Origin: Tequatrovirus BCH953P4
Sequence record: OZ035789.1
DNA: 64,000 nt
Reading direction: 5' to 3' (one strand)
Part shown: positions 8,885 through 18,697 of the stretch, one piece after another
Numbering within the stretch: the first letter of the stretch is position 1
Layout of the letters: the number at the start of each line of letters is the position of its first letter
Position numbers and translations under genes: made by a program
Notes under the pieces: generated by a model
The model's input: only the letters and a program-made list of their open reading frames with translations
Databases searched by the model: none
What the model was told of the DNA's origin: nothing

Positions 8885-8914
8885 ATAGTACCACGGTCCT
8901 TGTGGTATGTAAAC
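8885..8914 (-). promoter_or_regulatory. Early promoter (-35 GTTTACA, 17 bp, -10 TGGTACTAT)
   Basis: Plus strand ATAGTA-CCA and TGTAAAC; near-identical cassette to 8379-8408 and 63204-63233. Confidence 0.6.
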
Positions 8915-8930
8915 TAGTTTATGAAAATTT

Positions 8931-9488
8931 TTAGATGGAAAGATACCATCCGTTGTAGTTGCTTTTTCGCACTACCTTACGAAGGTCTTCTCTATCCCCA
9001 ATGAACTTCGGAGTGTACTGGATGACACCTGGATGAATTTCTTTAGTGTTGAATATAATTATACAGTCCGCGACTTGATGATTTAGAATGGGCCCTAGAT
9101 TTATTCCAGAACCATATGGATACTCTCCGCTGCATCCTGTTGTTACCGAAATCCAACGTGAGTCAGTTTGATGTGTCTTAACTTCTACACGAAGCCCACA
9201 GTATTTTGGATGTGCTAAAACATCCCATGCATATGTGTACGGATCATCGACATCTTCTTGGCCTTTATTGACATATCCGCTTAGCCAATCTGCCACAAAA
9301 AACTCTGCGTACACAGCGATACGGCATCTTTCGATAACTTCTGCCTTATCCTGATTTGGGTTCTGTTTTAAAGAGTATCTTACAGTATCAGCAATTTTGA
9401 CCTTCATTTCATTGGTTAAATCGCTGTTCGATAGAGTAAATGTCGGAATCTGAAATAGTCTCTGCAAACCCGGATTCGTTTTCTGCAT
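8931..9488 (-). CDS. denB: Endonuclease IV DenB-like (185 aa)
   Basis: ORF track; length and position (between ndd region and rIIB) as in T4. Confidence 0.7.
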   Translation of the reverse strand: MQKTNPGLQRLFQIPTFTLSNSDLTNEMKVKIADTVRYSLKQNPNQDKAEVIERCRIAVYAEFFVADWLSGYVNKGQEDVDDPYTYAWDVLAHPKYCGLRVEVKTHQTDSRWISVTTGCSGEYPYGSGINLGPILNHQVADCIIIFNTKEIHPGVIQYTPKFIGDREDLRKVVRKSNYNGWYLSI

Positions 9489-9552
9489 TTAAACTTTCCT
9501 TTTATGTCTGAATCACTGGTATTCATATAAATCATAATTTCTCTTAAAACAA

Positions 9553-9568
9553 AAGGGCCGAAGCCCTT
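9553..9568 (-). terminator. Stem-loop with CGAA tetraloop followed by T-rich tract
   Basis: AAGGGC-CGAA-GCCCTT palindrome; T-run follows on minus strand. Confidence 0.5.
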
Positions 9569-9571
9569 ATT

Positions 9572-9766
9572 TTATTTGAATTGTGCAATTCTTTTCTCTA
9601 GACATTCAGCATAAGATTTCATTGAGATGAACTGTGAAAGTAGTAGTTCTTGCTCAACTGCACTAACTGTTAGAAACTTTGCGCTTTCTAAAAATTTACT
9701 CAGTGCATTAATTTTGAGCATTAATTGATCGTATTCTTCTTTTACTCGTGCTTGATAACCTAACAT
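9572..9766 (-). CDS. Hypothetical protein (64 aa)
   Basis: ORF track; ATG start. Confidence 0.5.
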   Translation of the reverse strand: MLGYQARVKEEYDQLMLKINALSKFLESAKFLTVSAVEQELLLSQFISMKSYAECLEKRIAQFK

Positions 9767-9784
9767 AATTTTCCTTGATGTGAT

Positions 9785-9800
9785 AAGGGCCGAAGCCCTT
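9785..9800 (-). other. Intercistronic stem-loop overlapping the rIIB stop codon
   Basis: AAGGGC-CGAA-GCCCTT; no clear T-run, so probably an RNA structure rather than a terminator. Confidence 0.4.
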
Positions 9801-10737
9801 ATTTAAATTGTTCAGTAACGTCTTCAACTACTTCGTATTGGCAGGTACGCATTTTAGCGTCGTTGTAATCAATCGGAATTGATACTACATCACGCGGATG
9901 TACTTTAACTTTTACAACTCGGCTGGTTGAACTGCCAAAGTGACGAATATAAGATTTAGAACACACATGCAGACCACGAGAACAAGTTTGTGTATCATCG
10001 TCATTCACACGAGTACGTGGCATTTTAACTACTTTACCAGGACTGTTATCAAAGGTATTTGAGTGACAGTCAAAGTAGTTGTCACGAACTACTTTCCAAG
10101 CATAGAAGTAACCATCTTCGGTGATTTCAATATCGTTTGCTACCAAGAAATCAAAGAGTCGAGATACCGCTTTTTGGCTTGGGTTTTCCAGCAGATTTTC
10201 CAAGAACGGAAAATAAAATTCAAAGTTTTCGCCTTTTTCCATCGAGTCAAGAATACGATCAACCAAACCAGACCGCAATTCAATATTTTGATAGAACAAG
10301 CTTCCACCTTCAATTCGAACATCACCGGAAATATATTTTTCAACAGCGCGACGAACATTAATTTTTTGTGCCGCTTCTTCCAATTTATCTGCTACGAGCA
10401 GATTAAGAATTTCCTGGAAGTTTGAATGAGTATTAGGAGTTGCGTTATAAGTTACACCGTCAACAGTAATTGAAATGAATTTTTTAGATGCATTCCAAAT
10501 AATGTCAGATTTAGCAACTGGAGCAATAACTGCATCGCTATTAACTTTAACTGTAATATCACCGCTAATAGTAACTTTAGGGCGTTTAGCTTCTTCAGCA
10601 TTTTTCAAAACACGACGGATTGTGTCAACCGATACACCTTGCCAATCAGCCAATTCCTGTTGGGTGTAATTACCACTTGAATACAGTTTAACAATTTCAG
10701 CTTGTTCGTTTTTGGTCAGGCATTTAATATTGTACAT
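9799..10737 (-). CDS. rIIB: rIIB protein (312 aa)
   Basis: ORF track; T4 rIIB length and sequence. Confidence 0.9.
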   Translation of the reverse strand: MYNIKCLTKNEQAEIVKLYSSGNYTQQELADWQGVSVDTIRRVLKNAEEAKRPKVTISGDITVKVNSDAVIAPVAKSDIIWNASKKFISITVDGVTYNATPNTHSNFQEILNLLVADKLEEAAQKINVRRAVEKYISGDVRIEGGSLFYQNIELRSGLVDRILDSMEKGENFEFYFPFLENLLENPSQKAVSRLFDFLVANDIEITEDGYFYAWKVVRDNYFDCHSNTFDNSPGKVVKMPRTRVNDDDTQTCSRGLHVCSKSYIRHFGSSTSRVVKVKVHPRDVVSIPIDYNDAKMRTCQYEVVEDVTEQFK

Positions 10738-10748
10738 AATTTTCCTTA

Positions 10749-12926
10749 TTAGGCCGCAAGGGCCTTCATAGTTTTAGCGATTTGAGAAACTTCATCATCA
10801 CTTAAAGAGTTGCGATATCCGATGAAGTCGGAAACAATACGGAATTTCTTGGTAAACTCAGCAACCATTTTATCACTGTTTTTTGAAGCATTATTTGATA
10901 ATACATCAAAAAGATTAGTTACTGTCCAGATGTCATGACCAATGGTATCTTTTCCACCATTAAAATATACACCCTGTAATGAACTAACCATATTAGCGAG
11001 TCGTGTATATTCTTCAGAAACTTCATCTACACTGAAGTACTTCATCATAAAATCTAATTCAGGATACTTGATAATTTTATCAATATATCGTTTAGCTGAA
11101 CTTGAATAACCTACATACTTATCATAATCTACATCATCAAAAGCATCTACATATAAATCACGCAAAGCTTCAAAAATACATTGGCACTGACCGAGTTCTT
11201 TTACCTTTTTCTGTAAAAGCGGACGAATAACATAAAATTCATTAATGCCAATAAGATTAGCCATACGAATCAAAATATTCATAGATGGATGACAAAGCGA
11301 TGTAGTACCATCCATAGAGAAAATATCAGAACGATGCATATACGCTACATAACCAGTAATTTCATCTGCTTCTGACGTAAGTGTAAATAGTTCCTCTTTT
11401 TCCCAGCGCCCATCTTTAATTTCAAACTTAAATGCTGTAGCAGCTTTAGGACGAGGAGCTTTACTTTTAACTACCTTTGGAATATAGCTTTTAACTAAAG
11501 CTTCAATTTCTGACAAATAATGAATGTTAACTTCATCACTTTCAAACATCGCAATAATGTCAGGAAGCAAATCAATCTGTGATTCTACTTCTGGATTAAT
11601 AAACAGAAGGCGTTCGTTGTGATGAATATTCAAAGTGTTATTAAATTCACTATCATCTAACGCACGTGCTAATCCACGGACAATATTAACACGATTTTTA
11701 ATATTATCAATAACGATATTAATTTTTGTTGTATTAATACCAAACAGACGATAACTTGATGCAATGGCTGAAGTTTCATGACTTTGCTTAATGCGCTTCA
11801 GTCGAGGGTCAAGATTTACTTCATACACAACTCCTGCATTGCATAACTTACTGTCAGGTTCAAACATACTCTGCATCTTCTTATATGACAGATTTTTAGT
11901 CGTGAATTTGACTGAATTACTAATCATATAATCTCGAGCAGAATACCCCATCTTCATCAATTCACGATATGTGTGACGAGGAGATGTAGATTCTTTAAAT
12001 CGTTTTACATCTTCATTAAATGCTTTCTCACTGAGTTCTTTAACTCGTTCAATAATATTTTTACGAGTACGATCATCCAGCGAAAGAGCCTCGCGAGATG
12101 GAGCAATATCAAGTGAACCCATTGGAAACTTAATGTAATTCACTTCATTGCGAATGCTTAACCAGTTGCGGTCTCTAATAACACCATCAATAGGATAAAC
12201 AATACCGCCATAGATAGCATATAATCCACCACGATCAGGCCAGTATCTTTCTGGATTTACACCGTAATAGTCATCAAAATCCGGAAAATAGTCAATTTCG
12301 CGGTCAAGACCATTAATGATAGCCAAATCTTTGAATGGTCGCATGATATAAGAAACTTCATAAGCAAAGTTTCTAAAGTCTTTTTCTTCAACTGGAACTA
12401 CGATTTCAATACCAGTTTTATCATCTGGACCCATTTCTTTTACGAATGTAGGTTTAATCTGTGGACCATCACCATCCATATAAGCTACATAACCACGAAT
12501 TTCACCTTTATGATACGAAGTAATACTAAATGTATCAGTATAACTAAACGGAGATTTAGAACCTAAACCAAATCCGCCAATGAAATCGTTAGATTCAGCC
12601 TTAGATGAACTGAAGTATGAATTATACAACCCAGGAGAATTATCATCACCTTGAATATCAAAATCACTCATACCCGGACCAAAATCTCGACAAACAAATC
12701 GTGGATCTAAACGTCCTGGAACTTGTATGATAAATTTTTCAGGATTTCCATTGAGAGCATGGGCATCAATCATGTTGGTAATCAATTCACGGACTACTGC
12801 GCGAATCTTGTTTGTATACAAATCAGATGACAGAATTTTAAATACTTTAGGATTTGCTGCGATGCTAAATGCTTTTGATTTAGAACCATTGCCAAGAATT
12901 GTTTCTTTTTCAGTGGTGATAATCAT
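10749..12926 (-). CDS. rIIA: rIIA protein (725 aa)
   Basis: ORF track; T4 rIIA length and sequence. Confidence 0.92.
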   Translation of the reverse strand: MIITTEKETILGNGSKSKAFSIAANPKVFKILSSDLYTNKIRAVVRELITNMIDAHALNGNPEKFIIQVPGRLDPRFVCRDFGPGMSDFDIQGDDNSPGLYNSYFSSSKAESNDFIGGFGLGSKSPFSYTDTFSITSYHKGEIRGYVAYMDGDGPQIKPTFVKEMGPDDKTGIEIVVPVEEKDFRNFAYEVSYIMRPFKDLAIINGLDREIDYFPDFDDYYGVNPERYWPDRGGLYAIYGGIVYPIDGVIRDRNWLSIRNEVNYIKFPMGSLDIAPSREALSLDDRTRKNIIERVKELSEKAFNEDVKRFKESTSPRHTYRELMKMGYSARDYMISNSVKFTTKNLSYKKMQSMFEPDSKLCNAGVVYEVNLDPRLKRIKQSHETSAIASSYRLFGINTTKINIVIDNIKNRVNIVRGLARALDDSEFNNTLNIHHNERLLFINPEVESQIDLLPDIIAMFESDEVNIHYLSEIEALVKSYIPKVVKSKAPRPKAATAFKFEIKDGRWEKEELFTLTSEADEITGYVAYMHRSDIFSMDGTTSLCHPSMNILIRMANLIGINEFYVIRPLLQKKVKELGQCQCIFEALRDLYVDAFDDVDYDKYVGYSSSAKRYIDKIIKYPELDFMMKYFSVDEVSEEYTRLANMVSSLQGVYFNGGKDTIGHDIWTVTNLFDVLSNNASKNSDKMVAEFTKKFRIVSDFIGYRNSLSDDEVSQIAKTMKALAA
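10751..10765 (-). other. Stem-loop at the rIIA stop / rIIB start junction
   Basis: AGGCC-GCAAG-GGCCT palindrome. Confidence 0.35.
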
Positions 12927-12936
12927 AATTTCCTCA

Positions 12937-13140
12937 TTAATTCATATTACGCTTAATAACTTCAGCAACTTCTAGTAATTCATCTTTAGTTGCGGTGTCG
13001 GATTGAATTTTATCTCTAATATCTTTAAAGCGGTTTTTAAATTCTTCGGCTTCTCCCATATCGAAAAAGCGTTGAATGATTCTATATTCTCGATGAACTG
13101 CTTTATCAAAAAGTTCTAAATTTACTTTATATGATTTCAT
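12937..13140 (-). CDS. rIIA.1-like small protein (67 aa)
   Basis: ORF track; ATG start; position between 39 and rIIA. Confidence 0.55.
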   Translation of the reverse strand: MKSYKVNLELFDKAVHREYRIIQRFFDMGEAEEFKNRFKDIRDKIQSDTATKDELLEVAEVIKRNMN

Positions 13141-13165
13141 TCCAATATCCTCATTTGCCCAATTA

Positions 13166-13195
13166 ATTATACCACATCCTTGTGGTAAAGTAAAC
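13166..13195 (-). promoter_or_regulatory. Early promoter upstream of rIIA.1/rIIA (-35 TTTACT, 17 bp, -10 TGGTATAAT)
   Basis: Plus strand ATTATA-CCA (13166-13174) and AGTAAA (13189-13194); overlaps gene 39 stop. Confidence 0.6.
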
Positions 13196-15015
13196 TACTG
13201 ACTCATCCATTCTTTGCGAAGGTCAGCATTATCTCCCATGAGCATTTCAAAAAGCTCTTTCCAGTTCTCAGGAAGTTTAACAACATCATATACTGGATTT
13301 TGAATCATTTCACGATATTCAGATTTTTCCAAAGAGCCAAGTCCTTTAATATAACGGATGCTATGTTTAGGTAGAGCATCTTTGGCACTCTCATATTCAG
13401 CGACTGTATAAAACCATTCTTGTTTTTTACCGACCTGAGCGATGATTACAGGAGTTTTGACAAAGCGAATTCGTCCTTGCTCAAACAATTCTGGCCAATT
13501 ACTAAAAAACCCGAGCAGAGAAGGATAAATGCTTCCTAAACCATCATGGTCAGCATCGGTCATAATAGCAATATTATGATAATTCAAGTTTTCAGCTTTT
13601 TCACCAAGAACTAATCCAGTGATTGCGCAAATATCAAATAGTTCTTTGTTTTTAAGCATATCTGCATATGACATACCCCAACTGTTGAGAACTTTACCAC
13701 GCAATGGATAACCACCATGAAGTTCTTTATCACGAACATCAATAAGATACCCGATAGCAGAATCACCCTCAGTCAAGAAAAGAGTAGTGTCAGCATCTTT
13801 ACCGCAAAGATTCGCTTTGATATGTTTATGAACTTTAGCTTTAGAAGCCTTTTTAGCTGCTTTAGTTTCTGCTGCTTTTTCTGCTGCCAATTTACGAGCC
13901 AAGGCAGCTTCAATAATTGGCATCAAAATAGCTTCATTATTTAGAATAGCGCGTGAAATCTTTTTAGCATCAAGCTGAATATGACTACGAATTTCGCCAA
14001 ATGGAGAAGTCAAACGCTCTTTAGTTTGAGAATCAAATCGCATGTTTTTCATATCACGAACAAACATAACGATAGTCAAACATTCTTTAACACGTGCTTT
14101 AGTTACATCAATTTTAAACTTACGTTTGATTTGTGGAATAAGGTCTTCACAAATATCATCCATAACACAGTCAATGTGATGGCCACCATTCTTAGTGTGA
14201 ATGTTATTCACATAAGTTAATTGACGAAAACCATCCGGTGAACGACCAACCGCAATAGAACAATTTTCTTGTTCCTGAACAATAGCATGCTCATCATATT
14301 GGCGTGCATATTTCTTAAAATTGCCCTGAACCTTTTTACCATTAAAGGTAAATTGAATATCAGGATAAACTACTGCAAGTGTCTGGAGACGATCTAGTGT
14401 AATGTCAAGATAAACTTGTGACAGCTCATTAGTTTCAAATGACATAAAATCAGGAATGAAAGTAACACGAGTTCCTTTCCATTTTCCAGGAATAGTTTCC
14501 CATGATTTATTTTCCATGCCATTTGAACAACGAACTACAATATTATTTTGACCATCACCAGTTTCACCGACAAACATCACAGAAAAAATGTTTGTCAAAC
14601 TAGAACCAACACCATTCATACCGCCGGTGACGCGTTCTTTATCATCACCGAAGTTACCACCTGCTTTTGGAATAGTCCACGCAGCAACAGGACCAGGAAT
14701 TTCTTCACCTGTAGGTGTTTTAACCATCGCCTGTGGAATACCACGACCGTTATCTTCAACTGTTACTTGATTGTTTTTAATAGTAACATTAATTTTATTT
14801 GCGAATTTAAACTTAGTACGAATACCTTCATCTACTGAGTTATCGATAATTTCATCAATAAGCTTAACAAGACCAGGTACATACTGAACACTTTCCCATT
14901 TACCAAACAGAAAGCGCTCATGCATTTCATTAGCAGAAGAGCCAATGTACATGCCGCTACGCTTTTTGATATGTTCAATATCGCTCAGAATTTTAATTTC
15001 ATTCTTAATCATCAC
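13195..15015 (-). CDS. 39: DNA topoisomerase II large subunit gp39, continuous 606-aa ORF
   Basis: ORF track; ATG start; no interruption where T4 has the gene 39/60 split. Confidence 0.9.
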   Translation of the reverse strand: MMIKNEIKILSDIEHIKKRSGMYIGSSANEMHERFLFGKWESVQYVPGLVKLIDEIIDNSVDEGIRTKFKFANKINVTIKNNQVTVEDNGRGIPQAMVKTPTGEEIPGPVAAWTIPKAGGNFGDDKERVTGGMNGVGSSLTNIFSVMFVGETGDGQNNIVVRCSNGMENKSWETIPGKWKGTRVTFIPDFMSFETNELSQVYLDITLDRLQTLAVVYPDIQFTFNGKKVQGNFKKYARQYDEHAIVQEQENCSIAVGRSPDGFRQLTYVNNIHTKNGGHHIDCVMDDICEDLIPQIKRKFKIDVTKARVKECLTIVMFVRDMKNMRFDSQTKERLTSPFGEIRSHIQLDAKKISRAILNNEAILMPIIEAALARKLAAEKAAETKAAKKASKAKVHKHIKANLCGKDADTTLFLTEGDSAIGYLIDVRDKELHGGYPLRGKVLNSWGMSYADMLKNKELFDICAITGLVLGEKAENLNYHNIAIMTDADHDGLGSIYPSLLGFFSNWPELFEQGRIRFVKTPVIIAQVGKKQEWFYTVAEYESAKDALPKHSIRYIKGLGSLEKSEYREMIQNPVYDVVKLPENWKELFEMLMGDNADLRKEWMSQ

Positions 15016-15064
15016 TTATCCTCGTTTGGTTTCGGGAATATTATACTCCGGTAATCATAAAGCT

Positions 15065-15082
15065 AAAGGCCCGAAGGCCTTT
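15065..15082 (-). other. Intercistronic stem-loop (7-bp stem, CGAA loop) upstream of gene 39
   Basis: AAAGGCC-CGAA-GGCCTTT. Confidence 0.4.
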
Positions 15083-15342
15083 TATTTAAAACGAATAGTC
15101 GAATCCTTGAAGAATAGTCCAGAACATACTGTTCCTTCTACTTTCTGCCCAGTAGGTCCAATAGCACGAAATCCAGTATGCTGGAAATCATTTTCAGAGC
15201 AACCGAACCAATTATATCCAGTGATTTCAATATTAGTAAAACCACTTGAAGACAAAACTTTGGTTGCATTATCAGCATCAGTACATCCTATTAAAGACAC
15301 TGCTAATACTAATGCTGCGATAGAACGATTAATATATTTCAT
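15082..15342 (-). CDS. Putative lipoprotein (86 aa)
   Basis: ORF track; signal peptide with lipobox LIGC. Confidence 0.55.
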   Translation of the reverse strand: MKYINRSIAALVLAVSLIGCTDADNATKVLSSSGFTNIEITGYNWFGCSENDFQHTGFRAIGPTGQKVEGTVCSGLFFKDSTIRFK

Positions 15343-15344
15343 AA

Positions 15345-15521
15345 TTACCCTTTAAGCAAGTCGTAAAATCCGCCATTCACATGCTTAGGAGCGGAAACTA
15401 ACCGAATAGCAATCCGATGACAATCAGGACATACATCAGTATCCCTTTCAGAAATTTTCTTGATTTTTTCGTATTCTTTTGCACAGTCTTTGGATTGACA
15501 TTTATAATCATAAAGAGGCAT
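15345..15521 (-). CDS. Small zinc-ribbon protein (58 aa, CxxC...CxxC)
   Basis: Hand translation MPLYDYKCQSKDCAKEYEKIKKISERDTDVCPDCH...; not in ORF track. Confidence 0.45.
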   Translation of the reverse strand: MPLYDYKCQSKDCAKEYEKIKKISERDTDVCPDCHRIAIRLVSAPKHVNGGFYDLLKG

Positions 15522-15523
15522 AA

Positions 15524-15949
15524 TTATTCCTTAAAGTGAGCTTTCAACATCTGATACAAGGACCATGCCTGTTCATTATTTTCAATAGTAACTTTCATGA
15601 CCGGGAATTCTGTGAAATCTTCTATTTGTTCTTGCTCTTTCTCTTCCTGCTCTTTCTCTTCAACTGCCTGATATGGATTTTCCACTTCATCAAAGAACCC
15701 AGCTTCGTTAGTAGAAAGCCAGATAAAGTTTTCGTCAAGGATATCACCATGTGTTGCATATCCAACTGTGCCAGCAGATGTCACAATTTTAGTAGGACGA
15801 CCAAGATGGTCAACATCTAAAATTTTAAAAGGATGCATACCTAAACGTCGTGCATAGATTCCGTTATCAGTATGGTCTTTAATAAAATTTTCTTGAGCTT
15901 GTTTATTTTTAAATTGATACCATTTATTAACTTCAAATTTAATAGCCAT
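15524..15949 (-). CDS. goF: GoF-like protein (141 aa)
   Basis: ORF track; length and position match T4 goF; sequence identity not verified. Confidence 0.5.
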   Translation of the reverse strand: MAIKFEVNKWYQFKNKQAQENFIKDHTDNGIYARRLGMHPFKILDVDHLGRPTKIVTSAGTVGYATHGDILDENFIWLSTNEAGFFDEVENPYQAVEEKEQEEKEQEQIEDFTEFPVMKVTIENNEQAWSLYQMLKAHFKE

Positions 15950-16164
15950 TAATAAATTTCCTTCCAGTAAGTTGTGCCATCTTCAGTAATTTCACGAAAT
16001 ACACCGTAAATTGGTTGTTTATCACCGACTTTCTCATACACATAAACCGAAGTCAAGTGAGTAAACTTGCTAGTATGTTCCTTTTGAACTACTACCAAAT
16101 CTGGATCGAATAATACATCTTCAAATTCATCATTAGTGCAATTCTGAACAATTTTACGTTTCAT
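15949..16164 (-). CDS. cef: Cef-like protein (71 aa)
   Basis: ORF track; length and position as T4 cef. Confidence 0.5.
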   Translation of the reverse strand: MKRKIVQNCTNDEFEDVLFDPDLVVVQKEHTSKFTHLTSVYVYEKVGDKQPIYGVFREITEDGTTYWKEIY

Positions 16165-16282
16165 TACAATTTCCTCATTAATTGAACATTGGAGAGATGC
16201 GTTTCAGAAGAGTATCAGCACCTTTAACGAATTATCCATTTTATTCTTCAAGTTGTTTTCTGTATCAGTAGTTGATATTGAT

Positions 16283-16312
16283 ATAGTACCATAATCAACT
16301 ACTGATGTATAT
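16283..16312 (-). promoter_or_regulatory. Early promoter with weak -35 (TATACA), -10 TGGTACTAT lying between 13-bp inverted repeats
   Basis: Plus ATAGTA-CCA (16283-16291); inverted repeat 16264-16276 / 16294-16306. Confidence 0.4.
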
Positions 16313-16336
16313 AGTTTTATGAAAAAATTTTAAACC

Positions 16337-16828
16337 TTATGCATAGCGAGCTTTGCTGTAGTGTTTAATCCAACTTTCAGGAATGACTTTGTATGTTCCT
16401 AAAAATACCACATTGTACAGCTTAACACCATCTTCTACCCATTGATCAGTAATGTATGCACACATAGCGCGAGTACGCTGAGGAAGTGGTTGTCCACCTT
16501 CGGTAAATTCAAACTCATAAGGAGCAATGAACTTGATAGCTTGACCAAGTTTCCACTTAAAGTCTACACCTACATGTGAAGTATCAATCGTTTCAATTCC
16601 TTTAGCAGGAACAGCTTTCAAAAACGCAGATTCAAGAAATTTCGCGCGAACATAACCAAACTGAGGTTTAGACTTTCCATCTTTAGGAATGATACGCACT
16701 TTTACTTCAGAATCTTCATCTTTAACGCCATGTTTAAGCTGAATGCTTACAATTTCGACCAATTTTCCTGCTGCTTTAGAACGGGATTTATCAGATACAC
16801 GAGCAATTTCACCAATATTAATAATCAT
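16337..16828 (-). CDS. motB: MotB-like protein (163 aa)
   Basis: ORF track; length and position as T4 motB. Confidence 0.6.
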   Translation of the reverse strand: MIINIGEIARVSDKSRSKAAGKLVEIVSIQLKHGVKDEDSEVKVRIIPKDGKSKPQFGYVRAKFLESAFLKAVPAKGIETIDTSHVGVDFKWKLGQAIKFIAPYEFEFTEGGQPLPQRTRAMCAYITDQWVEDGVKLYNVVFLGTYKVIPESWIKHYSKARYA

Positions 16829-16872
16829 AGTTATCTCTCACTTGTTAAAAAGATTTTATACTCCACAGGACC

Positions 16873-16902
16873 ATTATACTCTGGTCCCAAGAGTTTGTAA
16901 AC
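16873..16902 (-). promoter_or_regulatory. Early promoter upstream of motB (-35 GTTTACA, 17 bp, -10 TATAAT)
   Basis: Plus ATTATA (16873-16878) and TGTAAA (16896-16901). Confidence 0.6.
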
Positions 16903-16904
16903 TA

Positions 16905-17447
16905 TTAATTCAAAATAGCTACCACTGCACTACGAGGTACTACGCTAAAATCACCTGCATGAACAACGTTCAGAAGTTCAACACCATCTTCAATCCATTG
17001 GTCTGTTACCCAACCACAGACCGAAATAAATGGAGTCTTGATAGCTACCGCATGAGTTAGAAGGTCGGTAGGGTCTTGTTCTTCAACTTCTTGGAACAGG
17101 ATGAACTCATCTTCATAAACCAGGTTTTTCTTTATTTTGTTATTATCTAACCGGCGACCGTGGATGACGTAAGATTTGTCAAACCACTCACTTTTGGCAA
17201 ATTCTTCAACAATAAATTCGCCTTCGCCAAAAACATCAGTCAGAGTTTTATGACCGGAAATCAAGGCATTAGTTTTAATTTTAGGTTCAACCAGTTTGTA
17301 GGTTTTGCCGATTTCAATAGCGGTAGTCATAGTAGGTTCCTCAATTTCCAGCGGTTTAACAGGGCATACATAAGTGCTTACAACATCAAAATCAATCAGT
17401 TTAGCTACCGGATTTGGTATGTATTCAGGATTATAATTAAATTTCAT
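16905..17447 (-). CDS. Hypothetical protein (180 aa), paralogous C-terminal motif with MotB
   Basis: ORF track; shares TDQW(V/I)EDGV(K/E)L.NVV with the adjacent motB product. Confidence 0.55.
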   Translation of the reverse strand: MKFNYNPEYIPNPVAKLIDFDVVSTYVCPVKPLEIEEPTMTTAIEIGKTYKLVEPKIKTNALISGHKTLTDVFGEGEFIVEEFAKSEWFDKSYVIHGRRLDNNKIKKNLVYEDEFILFQEVEEQDPTDLLTHAVAIKTPFISVCGWVTDQWIEDGVELLNVVHAGDFSVVPRSAVVAILN

Positions 17448-17449
17448 AA

Positions 17450-17950
17450 TTATCTCATTTCAATAAAATCTACGAGTTCAGCATGCGATTTGCGGAACAT
17501 TACTTGGTGCCCGCCAATGATAACTTGGTCATCTGGCACTTCGTATACAGCAAGATAAAATCCTTTAGAAGCTAATTCTTCACGCTCTTCTCGTGTGAAC
17601 CATCTCATCATATCATATTCACTAGCGAAAGCAAAATGATAAAGACCTATAAACCATCCTGGAATATGATATTCTACTCCAACATAATCTTTCTTGAACT
17701 TAGTATTAATTACTATATTAGCGTTTTTAACTAATAGTTTATCTTCGTGTGGTAAAGGAATTCTTTTATTATTATCGCTATGATGCATAAAATTAGGTCT
17801 GTCATAACCTACGTGTAATAGCCACTCTTCGCTCCATGAATCTATTATACTCCTATACGGCGTTATTTGAACACAAAGATTTCGACGTATTGTTATAGCA
17901 TCTTCATAATCAAGAATACTAAACGATGATTCAACACGATAAATTTTCAT
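17450..17950 (-). CDS. Hypothetical protein (166 aa from ATG at 17950)
   Basis: Track ORF trimmed because its first 13 codons overlap the promoter; ATG 17950 has SD GAGGA. Confidence 0.5.
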   Translation of the reverse strand: MKIYRVESSFSILDYEDAITIRRNLCVQITPYRSIIDSWSEEWLLHVGYDRPNFMHHSDNNKRIPLPHEDKLLVKNANIVINTKFKKDYVGVEYHIPGWFIGLYHFAFASEYDMMRWFTREEREELASKGFYLAVYEVPDDQVIIGGHQVMFRKSHAELVDFIEMR

Positions 17951-17977
17951 TTTATTATCCTCAGTAGCTATGGTGTT

Positions 17978-18007
17978 ATAATACCACAACTAACCGAGGA
18001 AGTAAAC
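17978..18007 (-). promoter_or_regulatory. Early promoter (-35 TTTACT, 17 bp, -10 TGGTATTAT)
   Basis: Plus ATAATA-CCA (17978-17986) and AGTAAA (18001-18006). Confidence 0.55.
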
Positions 18008-18013
18008 AACTTT

Positions 18014-18697
18014 TTATCGTTTTGTTGGAAGAGACAGAGGATCGCAATCTTCCTCTGACGGAGCATCTTCAAGACCCATAGCGTATCGCAAAGCATACTT
18101 CATCATCAGGATGTCTTTCGCACAGTCATGAATAGAATCATGCGCAACGAATCCATCTAAAGTTCCTTTTGGAAGAGGACACGTTGTCATATCACGAACA
18201 AGTAGAAGTGCTTCAATTCTGGTACGAATATCACGCTGATTCCAAAATTTACAAGGTTCTAACTTAAATGTATCAAGCTCATTCTCGGAAACGCCGTTAA
18301 GACGTTGAATATCGCGAATGAGATCGACTAAAATTGGAAAATCAAACGACATTCCACGGCACCAGCCTTGAGATTTCCAAGGATCGATATTATGCGCATT
18401 GATGTAATCATTAAATTTTGCAATACCATCGATAGTGCTTACATCTTCATCTGATGGCGCAATATTTTTTCGAGCTTCAGGAGATTGATTCTTCCACCAT
18501 TCGATAGTGCTTTTAGTAAAAAGACGATGTCCTTTTTGGCTTTTTAAATCAAATTTGATTTTAATGCCACGTGAAACTAATTCATCAAATGTTTCAACGA
18601 CTTCTGGATTAGGGTCAAAAGCAATTACAGCCAAATCAATAACAGCTGCTTTTTCACCGCTTCCCATTGTTTCAAAATCTATAATAAAATCAAACAT
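18014..18697 (-). CDS. dexA: Exonuclease A DexA (227 aa)
   Basis: ORF track; length as T4 DexA; 3'-5' exonuclease-like acidic motifs. Confidence 0.75.
   Translation of the reverse strand: MFDFIIDFETMGSGEKAAVIDLAVIAFDPNPEVVETFDELVSRGIKIKFDLKSQKGHRLFTKSTIEWWKNQSPEARKNIAPSDEDVSTIDGIAKFNDYINAHNIDPWKSQGWCRGMSFDFPILVDLIRDIQRLNGVSENELDTFKLEPCKFWNQRDIRTRIEALLLVRDMTTCPLPKGTLDGFVAHDSIHDCAKDILMMKYALRYAMGLEDAPSEEDCDPLSLPTKR

Noticed and set aside
10063-10669. Plus- and minus-strand ORFs inside rIIB (10063-10425, 10137-10361, 10140-10358, 10475-10669)
   Set aside because: Overlap rIIB in alternative frames; no independent signals.
9785-10765. Hairpins at 9785-9800 and 10751-10765 as intrinsic terminators
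   Set aside because: They overlap stop codons inside the rIIA-rIIB operon and lack a following T-run, so they are listed as RNA structures only.
13195-15015. Gene 60-type translational bypass or split topoisomerase gene
   Set aside because: Gene 39 is a single uninterrupted 606-aa ORF; no take-off/landing arrangement or intervening gene is present.
12727-15355. Plus-strand ORFs antisense to rIIA and gene 39 (12727-12975, 13717-13944, 13981-14220, 14548-14838, 14588-14770, 14945-15355)
   Set aside because: Antisense shadows of long, well-supported genes.
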